Shown here: positions 16,936-24,070 of the stretch, piece by piece | Position numbering within the stretch: position 1 is the stretch's first letter | Layout: each line of letters opens with the position of its first letter | From: Clostridiales bacterium | GTDB lineage: Bacteria; Bacillota; Clostridia; Lachnospirales; WRAX01 | Assembly: GCA_031265685.1 (NCBI GenBank) | Contig: JAISCI010000102.1 | Coordinates: forward strand, 339 to 64,338 | Length of the DNA stretch: 64,000 nt | Direction: 5' to 3' | The notes under the pieces: generated by a model | Told to the model about the DNA's origin: nothing | Databases searched by the model: none | The model's input: only the letters and a program-made list of their open reading frames with translations | Position numbers and translations under genes: made by a program

Positions 16936-18545
16936 CGAAAAAGAGAATCTTCATTATAATAGGCGCCGTCGCGGCCATAGCCGTGACGCTCGCGGCGCTC
17001 AGGTCTTGTTCCGCCGGCGCGGAGACCGACGTGGAGTACCGGTCCGTAACGCTCGCCAAAACGACGCTGACCGACATAGTGTCGGCTTCGGGCGCCGTGC
17101 GCAGCGGCGAGACGACCAACGTATACGCCCGGCAGAACTATCCCGTGGCCGCGCTGCTCTATGACGTCGGCGACGAGGTGCGGGAGGGCGATATCCTCGC
17201 TCTGCTTGACACGGGTACGCTTGAGATCGACATCGAGATCGCCGAGAACTCGCTTAGGCAGTCCGAGGACGGCATAACCGACGAGGAGCGCGCTTCGGCG
17301 TCGTCGTCCGAGAGCGCGCGGATTCAGCTGGAATCGGCCAAGGTTCAGCTTGATAAGGCGCGGACGTCCTACGAGACGCAGCAATCGGAACTCGACGCCA
17401 GGACGGCGGGCCAGCTGGTTTCGTCGAAGAACGCGGTTGATTCGGCGTCGGACGCGGTACAGAGCGCGCGGTCGGCGCTGTCGGTCGCGAAGATCGCGCT
17501 GGATTCGGCGGATCGCTCGCTGGCGAACGCCAAAACGGAGCTGACAAACCGCGAGGGCGACTATTCGGTGAGCCAGACGCTGTTCGGGGCGGGTGTGATC
17601 TCAAAAAACGAGCTGGACAACGCAGATAAAGCCCTGACGCAAGCGGGCGACGCGGTAAAAAGCGCCGAGGACGCCCTGGAGCGCGAGCGCTCGAACTACG
17701 ATAAGGCGCAATCCGCGCTGTCGCAGGCCGAACGGAGCCTTGCGAACGCCGAGGAAAATTATAACAGCACCGAATCCCAGCTCAGCAATTCGCTCGCGAG
17801 CGCCCGCAAGGACGTGACGAACGCCGAGCTTTCCGTCGCGAACGCCCAGAACGCTTATGACACGGCGCTCTCAAAGCGCCCGCCGTCCATGATCGGCATA
17901 GAGAATCAGAAGCTGCAGCTCGAGAAACTCCGCGAGACTTTCGCCGACCGCGAGGTCAGGGCCGCTGCCAGCGGCGTCGTTACCCAGCGCGGCGCCACGG
18001 TCGGCGCGCCGGCCAGCGGGGCGATGTTCGTGATAGAGTCGCGGGACGACTTGTATGTGTCCGTCCGCGTGAAGGAGTACAACCTGCCGCGTCTCTCCGT
18101 CGGGCAGAAGGCCGTGATTGGTCTGGACGCGGCGGGCGACCGCGCGCTTGACGGGGAATTGACCTATATAGCGCCCAAGGCCGCGACGGAGGCGGGATCC
18201 GCCGCCGTGGAGTTTGACGCGAAGATCCGTATAATCGACGACGACCCCGCCGTCCGTATCGGCATGACCGCCTTCGTCAGCATTGTCACCGACGAGCTGA
18301 AGGATGTTTACGCCGTGCCGTATGACGCCGTATCCTACGATGACGACGGCGGCTTTGTATACAGGCTCGCGGACGGAGCGCCGGAGCGCGTTTCCGTCAA
18401 GACGGGGCTGCAGACGGCGCAGCTGGTGGAAATAACGGGGGACGGGCTGTCCGAGGGCATGGAGATCGCGCTGAGCGCTGAGGAAGTGACCGGAGCCGGC
18501 GACGCTGCCTCGGGCCTTCGGATTGTGGGGGGCGTTCGCCAGTGA
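16932..18545 (+). CDS. efflux transporter periplasmic adaptor (HlyD/MacA-like)
   Basis: The track ORF 16791..18545 overlaps metH for 145 nt with Arg/Gly junk. The real protein starts around ITKKRIFIIIGAVAAIAVTLAAL (TM anchor), followed by a long coiled coil and beta-barrel domains. No ATG/GTG/TTG is available there; an ATA at 16932 lies 5 nt after GGGAGGT. Confidence 0.75.
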   Translation: MTKKRIFIIIGAVAAIAVTLAALRSCSAGAETDVEYRSVTLAKTTLTDIVSASGAVRSGETTNVYARQNYPVAALLYDVGDEVREGDILALLDTGTLEIDIEIAENSLRQSEDGITDEERASASSSESARIQLESAKVQLDKARTSYETQQSELDARTAGQLVSSKNAVDSASDAVQSARSALSVAKIALDSADRSLANAKTELTNREGDYSVSQTLFGAGVISKNELDNADKALTQAGDAVKSAEDALERERSNYDKAQSALSQAERSLANAEENYNSTESQLSNSLASARKDVTNAELSVANAQNAYDTALSKRPPSMIGIENQKLQLEKLRETFADREVRAAASGVVTQRGATVGAPASGAMFVIESRDDLYVSVRVKEYNLPRLSVGQKAVIGLDAAGDRALDGELTYIAPKAATEAGSAAVEFDAKIRIIDDDPAVRIGMTAFVSIVTDELKDVYAVPYDAVSYDDDGGFVYRLADGAPERVSVKTGLQTAQLVEITGDGLSEGMEIALSAEEVTGAGDAASGLRIVGGVRQ

Positions 18546-19237
18546 TCGACGCCGAGAACATAACGAAAAGCTATTTCACCGGAACGCCTAACGAACTTAC
18601 CGTTCTCAAAAACGTCAACTTCCATGTGGAAAAGGGCGAGTTCGTCGCCGTGGTCGGGGCGTCGGGATCCGGCAAATCGACGCTCATGAATATCCTGGGG
18701 GCGCTTGATAAACCCACGAGCGGCGGGTACGCGCTGGACGGCGAACCGCTTGAGAAGCTGAGCGACAACCAGCTCTCCGCGATCCGGAACCGCAAGATCG
18801 GCTTTGTGTTCCAGAATTTCAACCTGATTCCGCGCGTTACGGCGCTCAAGAATGTCGAGTTGCCGCTGTTCTATATGGGCGTAGGCGGGGCGGAGCGGGA
18901 GAGGAAGTCGCGTGAGCTGCTCGAGCTTGTCGAGATGGCGGACCGCGCGAAGCATGTGCCGAACGAGCTTTCCGGCGGGCAGAAGCAGCGCGTGGCGATC
19001 GCGCGGTCCCTCGCCAATGATCCCGCGATAATACTCGCGGACGAGCCGACCGGAGCGCTTGACTCGAAGACGGGGCTGATGGTGATGGATATATTCACCA
19101 GAATCAACCGTGACGGTCGTACGATCGTCCTCATCACCCACAACCCGGAGCTGGCCCGGATGGCCGGGCGCGTCATAACGCTCTCGGACGGGGAGATCAT
19201 CTCCGACGAGCGTGTGAAAGGAGGCGCCATCGCGTGA
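18542..19237 (+). CDS. ABC transporter ATP-binding protein (MacB/LolD type)
   Basis: 231 aa. [38 protein letters not shown] start overlapping the adaptor stop. Confidence 0.95.
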   Translation: MIDAENITKSYFTGTPNELTVLKNVNFHVEKGEFVAVVGASGSGKSTLMNILGALDKPTSGGYALDGEPLEKLSDNQLSAIRNRKIGFVFQNFNLIPRVTALKNVELPLFYMGVGGAERERKSRELLELVEMADRAKHVPNELSGGQKQRVAIARSLANDPAIILADEPTGALDSKTGLMVMDIFTRINRDGRTIVLITHNPELARMAGRVITLSDGEIISDERVKGGAIA

Positions 19238-20556
19238 TATTTGAGAACATACTGCTCGCGATAGGATCTCTGCGCGCGAACAAGATGCGGTCGCTTCTGA
19301 CAATGCTGGGTATTATCATCGGCATAACGAGCGTAATCGCGATCATGACCGTCGGCAACTCGATGTCCGCGTCGGTGTCCGACCAGCTGTCCGTGTTCGG
19401 CACGGGCAATATATCCGTATATATCCAGGAGAAGAGCGAGGATACGGGCAATACGCCGCTGTTCATGCGATCCGCGACTCTTAGCGAATCGGGCGGGATA
19501 GTCCCCGATTCGAGAAGCTCGTCCAAAGCGCCCGATTCCGAGGATCTTATGACGCAGGATATGATAGACGCATTCGCGGAAGCCTTCCGCGGCAGGATCG
19601 ACGGCGTGAGCCAGGCGCGGCCCGTCGCGGATTCGGCTCAGGCGCGCGACGGAGAGCTGTACGCTAACGTCTCGGTATACGGCGTAAACGCGGCGTTCGA
19701 GAACGCCAACCGCATAGAACTTGTCGCCGGCAGGTTCATCAACGCTTCCGACGTGGCCGGAAACCGAGGCGTTGCGGTCGTTTCCGAAAAAGCGATTCAG
19801 AACATGTTCGCGGGAGAAACCCCCGAGGGGGCGCTCGGGCGGCAGCTCAAGACATACGCCAACGGCGGGATAAACGTATACACGATCGTCGGCGTATACA
19901 AATATACGCGTTCAGTATTGTCGGTCTCCTCCGTCGCCGAGAAGGACATACGCACAAATCTGTACATCCCGGTATCCGTAGCGATGATGGATTCGGTCGA
20001 GAAGAATTTCTCGTCCGTGACCGCCGTCGCGGCGAAAGGCGTGAACGTCGTGTCGCTGACGAGCGAGATCGAGAATTATTTCCGGTCGGTCTACGCGCGC
20101 AACGAGGACTTCGGCGTCGCGGCTAACAACATGGAGTCCGAGCTTTCCGCGATTACCAACGCGCTGGATCAAATCTCCATGGCGATAGCGCTGATCGCGG
20201 CCATATCGCTGCTGGTCGGCGGGATCGGCGTCATGAACATTATGCTGGTCTCCGTCACGGAGCGCACGCGGGAGATCGGCACGCGTAAGGCGCTGGGCGC
20301 GCGCAATTCCCACATCCGTCTGCAATTCGTCACCGAGGCGGCGATAATCGCCGTAATCGGCGGGGTAATCGGGATTATCCTGGGCGTTTCCGGCGGAACG
20401 GCGCTGGTGTCGTTCCTCGACGTGCCCATGATAATCGACCCGCTGACCGTGTTCGGCACGATTGTTTTCTCGATGTGCATCGGGATATTCTTTGGATACT
20501 ATCCCGCGAACAAGGCCGCGAAGCTGAACCCGATCGACGCGCTGAGGTATGAGTGA
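19234..20556 (+). CDS. ABC transporter permease (MacB/FtsX family)
   Basis: 440 aa. N-terminal TM helix, large periplasmic domain, and a C-terminal FtsX 3-TM bundle ([15 protein letters not shown]). Confidence 0.9.
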   Translation: MIFENILLAIGSLRANKMRSLLTMLGIIIGITSVIAIMTVGNSMSASVSDQLSVFGTGNISVYIQEKSEDTGNTPLFMRSATLSESGGIVPDSRSSSKAPDSEDLMTQDMIDAFAEAFRGRIDGVSQARPVADSAQARDGELYANVSVYGVNAAFENANRIELVAGRFINASDVAGNRGVAVVSEKAIQNMFAGETPEGALGRQLKTYANGGINVYTIVGVYKYTRSVLSVSSVAEKDIRTNLYIPVSVAMMDSVEKNFSSVTAVAAKGVNVVSLTSEIENYFRSVYARNEDFGVAANNMESELSAITNALDQISMAIALIAAISLLVGGIGVMNIMLVSVTERTREIGTRKALGARNSHIRLQFVTEAAIIAVIGGVIGIILGVSGGTALVSFLDVPMIIDPLTVFGTIVFSMCIGIFFGYYPANKAAKLNPIDALRYE

Positions 20557-20728
20557 TACCAATTCCATTTTGATTTGTGGATAAAAAATTTTCAAGCTTC
20601 AGCGCGTCCGCGCGGTTCTGAATTTTGCTTGGTTCGAAGCATTATCGCGTGAACCAAGCGATAATGCGACGCAAAATTCTAGGCGCGGGTCGTTTAGACT
20701 GAAAATTTTTATCCAATGGAATTAGTAT
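20556..20728. repeat. family-A palindromic element, full length, carrying a 60-nt family-B core (20620..20679)
   Basis: ataccaattccatt / ggataaaaaattttcaag / GC-rich core plus B core / ctgaaaatttttatcc / aatggaattagtat. It starts on the A of the permease TGA stop. Confidence 0.85.
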
Positions 20729-20797
20729 GAAAATCTTGGGGCTCCGCCCCAAACCCCGGCAGGGCTTTGCCCCGCACCCGCGCTGTGGATGGATTGA

Positions 20798-20886
20798 AAA
20801 AGCCGCGCAACGGAAGTTTGCGTGGTTTGGAGCATTATTGATTGAACCACTCAATAATGCGGAGCAAACTTCCGTTGCGCGGCTTT
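20798..20886 (-). terminator. 23-bp-stem hairpin enclosing a 60-nt family-B core (20813..20872); probable divIVA terminator
   Basis: aaagccgcgcaacggaagtttgc ... gcaaacttccgttgcgcggcttt. On the minus strand it is followed by a T run and begins 4 nt after the divIVA stop. Confidence 0.65.
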
Positions 20887-20889
20887 GGG

Positions 20890-21537
20890 TCAGTCCAGGC
20901 CGGACAGAAGGCTGTCGGCGCTGTTTTTCGCCGCTCCCACCGACTCGGCGGGGCGGCGGGGCGACTCTCCGATTGAACCGGCGGGCGCGCCGTCCGGTAC
21001 CGCTCCGCGCTGACGCTGCGCGGCTGCCAGCAGACGGTTGCGGCTCGTGTCGCTCTCCTGCGGACGGCGGATTGGGCGCGGCTGACCGCCGACCGCTCCC
21101 GCCGTCTGCTTGGGCGCGGGCCGCGGCGGAGCGGCAGCCTCTTTCGGCGGCTCGGCGAAACGGTCGAAGAACGCTTCCAGCTCGTTTATCTTTTTGAGAA
21201 CTACGTCGAAGTCCTCCGACCTTACCCTGTGCATATATTTGTCCAGCAGCTGCGTGTATTCGCGGTGAAACTCGTTGAGGAGGGCGCGCTGAGTCGAAAC
21301 GGACGCGCGTATCTCGTTTACGTGCTGCAACGCGTTTTCGCGGATCGCCCGCGACTCGTTCTTGGCGTTCAGGATGATGCTGTCGGCGGCGATCTGCGCG
21401 TTGAGGATCGCGTTGCGAATAGAGTTGTCTTTTTCTTTATAGCTTTTCAGCTCGCGCTCCAGCGTCTCGATATAGAGATCGGTTTCCTCGGGGTCGTATC
21501 CCCGCTTGACATAGCTGAACCTGTCCGTCATAAACAC
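20890..21537 (-). CDS. DivIVA-domain protein
   Basis: 215 aa. FSYVKRGYDPEETDLYIETLERELKSYKEK is the DivIVA N-terminal domain, followed by a coiled coil and a Pro/Ala-rich tail. Confidence 0.85.
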   Translation of the reverse strand: MFMTDRFSYVKRGYDPEETDLYIETLERELKSYKEKDNSIRNAILNAQIAADSIILNAKNESRAIRENALQHVNEIRASVSTQRALLNEFHREYTQLLDKYMHRVRSEDFDVVLKKINELEAFFDRFAEPPKEAAAPPRPAPKQTAGAVGGQPRPIRRPQESDTSRNRLLAAAQRQRGAVPDGAPAGSIGESPRRPAESVGAAKNSADSLLSGLD

Positions 21538-21645
21538 TCACCTTCCGACTAGTTTGACGCGCAAACAAAAAATATACGTTCCCACTGATATATATTAGCA
21601 CGGCTTTACGACAAGCGCAAGCATAAATTAGGGAGAAAACCGAAA

Positions 21646-22119
21646 ATGCGTGATAAATTTTTCATGTCTCTCGCTTTGGCCGAGGCGCGGGCCGCCGCCG
21701 CCGCCGGCGAGACGCCCATTGGCTGCGCGATAGCCTTCCGGGGGCAGCTGATCGCCCTGGGGCGCAACACGCGCAACGCCGCGAAGAACGCCCTGGGACA
21801 CGCCGAGATAGCCGCTATCGGCGCGGCGTGCGCCTTTATGGGCGACTGGCGACTCGAGGGGTGCGAGCTGTTCGTGACGGCAGAGCCTTGCCCGATGTGC
21901 GCCGGGGCGATCATTCAGGCGCGGATACCGCGCGTCGTATTCGGCGCGGCGAATAAAAAAGCCGGCTGTGCCGGCTCCGTGATCAATATCCTCGACTGCC
22001 CCGGGTTTAACCACCGCTGCGCGGTCGCGGGCGGAGTGCTGGAGTCGGAGTGCTCCGCGCTGATGACGGGATTTTTCACTGACTTCCGCCGCCGAGCGAG
22101 CCTTCAAGCTCCGCGATGA
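21646..22119 (+). CDS. tadA: tRNA adenosine(34) deaminase
   Basis: 157 aa. HAEIAAI and PCPMCAGA zinc motifs. The 3' end overlaps the convergent gene 22076..23425 by 44 nt. Confidence 0.9.
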   Translation: MRDKFFMSLALAEARAAAAAGETPIGCAIAFRGQLIALGRNTRNAAKNALGHAEIAAIGAACAFMGDWRLEGCELFVTAEPCPMCAGAIIQARIPRVVFGAANKKAGCAGSVINILDCPGFNHRCAVAGGVLESECSALMTGFFTDFRRRASLQAPR

Positions 22120-23425
22120 GCGCGGTCAGCTCGTCCTCGGACATGTCTCTGGTCAGTTCATCCCAGTATTTGTCAGCGTCGCTGTCGCTCATATTATCCC
22201 AGTCCATGCCGCCGAGAGGGGGTATCGCGGCGGGTTCCGCAACCAAGCTGTCCGTCAGGCCGGACGCGGGATCCTCGCGGTACCGATCGGCGGAGAAATC
22301 CTCCGATAAGTCTTCCGCGCCGCCGGAGAGAGCGTCCGTCCAATCGCCGCCGAAGCTCTCGTCCGGCATGTCCGCCTGAAACCCGTCATAGACGCCGGGC
22401 GCTTCCGGCTCGGGCGGGGCGGCGGGTTCCGCTTCGGTATACAGCGCTTTTGGGTCATAATCATCATAATCGTCGTAACTCTGATAGCCGTAGTCGTCGA
22501 GCGGGGCTGTATCGTCCTCCGGGGCGGCGCTTATCGGCTCGTCCCAGTCGAGAAGAGGACGCCCGACGCCGGAGAGCGGCGGTTCCGCCGGAGGAGACGC
22601 CTCGAGCCGGGCGGATGGCGGCTCGTCCCAGTCGAGCGACAGGCCGGACACGGCGGCCACCGCTCTCGCCGCGGGTTTCGGCGTCGCGGGCGGGCGGCTC
22701 AGATCCAGATTACTCAAGCCGTCCGAATTATCCAGATTATACAGATCGCCGAACCGACCGCTCTCGCGGGACGCGCCGCGCGGAACTATATCGTCCTCCG
22801 GGGCGGCGCTTATCGGCTCGTCCCAGTCGAGAAGAGAACGCCCGACGCCGGAGAGCGGCGATTCCGCCGGAGGAGACGCCTCGAGCCGGGCGGATGGCGG
22901 CTCGTCCCAGTCGAGCGACAGACCGGACACGGCGGCCACCGCCCTCGCCGCGGGTTTCGGCGTCGCGGGCGGACGGCTCAGATCCAGATTATTCAAGCCG
23001 TCCGAATTATCCGGATTATACAGATCGCCGAACCGACCGCTCTCGCGGGCCGCGCCGCGCGAAACTTTCCGATGGCCAGTCTCATCCTTCTGCGCTTGGG
23101 AGCGCCCTGTGGAACCTTTCGCGCCGACGCGTTTCACCACGCCCTTGATCGTCAGCCCGCCCGTCGCGATCAGCATAAGGTTGAACGCCGGAAACGCGAA
23201 TACGGATATCGCGAAGATGGCGGGCAGCGCCGCCGCCGTCCGGATCGCGTTATCCGCGATGACAATCCCCGCCTGGCCCAGCGCCGAGCCGAGCGCCGGG
23301 ATTTGCAGCAGGTACGACAGCCCGTAAACCAGAGCCAGCAGCACGCCCGACGACACCGCCAATGTCAGCGACATCAGTATATATGAACCCAGTCCCATAC
23401 GTTTTATAGAAAATTTCCCCTTCAT
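22076..23425 (-). CDS. membrane protein with a long acidic, Trp-rich disordered tail containing a 93-aa tandem duplication
   Basis: 449 aa. The N-terminal ~100 aa are hydrophobic (2-3 TM helices). The tail carries LDWDEP x4 plus MDWDNM, GDWTD and KYWDEL. Confidence 0.7.
   Translation of the reverse strand: MKGKFSIKRMGLGSYILMSLTLAVSSGVLLALVYGLSYLLQIPALGSALGQAGIVIADNAIRTAAALPAIFAISVFAFPAFNLMLIATGGLTIKGVVKRVGAKGSTGRSQAQKDETGHRKVSRGAARESGRFGDLYNPDNSDGLNNLDLSRPPATPKPAARAVAAVSGLSLDWDEPPSARLEASPPAESPLSGVGRSLLDWDEPISAAPEDDIVPRGASRESGRFGDLYNLDNSDGLSNLDLSRPPATPKPAARAVAAVSGLSLDWDEPPSARLEASPPAEPPLSGVGRPLLDWDEPISAAPEDDTAPLDDYGYQSYDDYDDYDPKALYTEAEPAAPPEPEAPGVYDGFQADMPDESFGGDWTDALSGGAEDLSEDFSADRYREDPASGLTDSLVAEPAAIPPLGGMDWDNMSDSDADKYWDELTRDMSEDELTALIAELEGSLGGGSQ
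22510..23062. repeat. tandem duplication, 2 x 279 bp, inside the CDS
   Basis: The unit starting tatcgtcctccggggcggcgcttatcgg recurs exactly 279 nt (93 codons) later, at 22510 and 22789. The encoded copies differ at 7 of 93 residues. Confidence 0.9.
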
Positions 23426-23436
23426 CGCTCAATCCC

Positions 23437-23745
23437 CTAATCCAGATGCTCGATTATTTTTACCGCCAGAAAATAAAACGGGTACATAAGCAGCGCGGCG
23501 GCGGCGGAGACGAGCGTGAAGCCGACCGGAAACATAACCACGTTGATCAAGCCGCCGATTATCCCGTCAAAGGTCGAGTTGCCGATCAGCCCCTGCGTCG
23601 ATTCGCCGAGGGAACCGAGAGTGAGCTGCATAAGGCCGAAGAACACCCCCGCCGGAAACCCCGACATAACAAACACCTTGACATAGTCCTTGAAGCCGAG
23701 CTTGACGAACCCCAAGACCTTACGCATAGCCGCGCTCCCAGTCAT
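23437..23745 (-). CDS. small membrane protein (2-3 TM helices)
   Basis: 102 aa. The track ATG at 23745 abuts the repeat terminus (ggaattagtATG). An alternative start is Met7 (23727). The stop is 11 nt upstream of the next gene's start. Confidence 0.6.
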   Translation of the reverse strand: MTGSAAMRKVLGFVKLGFKDYVKVFVMSGFPAGVFFGLMQLTLGSLGESTQGLIGNSTFDGIIGGLINVVMFPVGFTLVSAAAALLMYPFYFLAVKIIEHLD

Positions 23746-23853
23746 ACTAATTCCATTAGATTTGCGCCGAATATTTTTTCGAGCTTGCGTGTCCGCAAGG
23801 TTTCAATCGCGGAACCAGAAAATATTCGGCGTCTTTTAGAATGGAATCAGTAT
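23744..23853. repeat. family-A palindromic element
   Basis: atactaattccatt / ccgaatattttttcgag / GC-rich core / agaaaatattcgg / agaatggaatcagtat. Confidence 0.85.
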
Positions 23854-23966
23854 CAAAAGATACTACATTATTAATCGGCTGAACAGCCGTCTGATTTGAT
23901 ACAAAAAGAGCATACACTATCGTTATAAGAAAATCAATTAAAAACCGTAGCAAAAAAGCAGGCCTT

Positions 23967-24059
23967 ATACTAATCTCCGTCTAATTGAGAGAAAAGATTT
24001 TTCAAGACGATCCGCGCGGGCTTGAAAAATCTTTTCATACCTATAAACGGAGATTAGTA
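23967..24059. repeat. family-A palindromic element (CTCCGT terminus variant)
   Basis: atactaatctccgt / gaaaagatttttcaag / acgatccgcgcggg / cttgaaaaatcttttc / acggagattagta. Confidence 0.85.
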
Positions 24060-24070
24060 CCGCGGCCCGC

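Noticed and set aside
20727-21197. 156-aa ORF starting at the ATG that follows the repeat terminus ggaattagtATG at 20727.
   Set aside because: It runs antisense through the divIVA gene and its terminator hairpin, and the translation is Arg/Pro/Ala junk. The ATG is simply part of the element end.
23756-23953. 65-aa ORF (TTG start) in the AT-rich spacer between two family-A elements, with a hydrophobic N-terminus.
   Set aside because: It has no RBS and a weak start codon. More than half of it is encoded by the palindromic element 23744..23853, so it is probably fortuitous.
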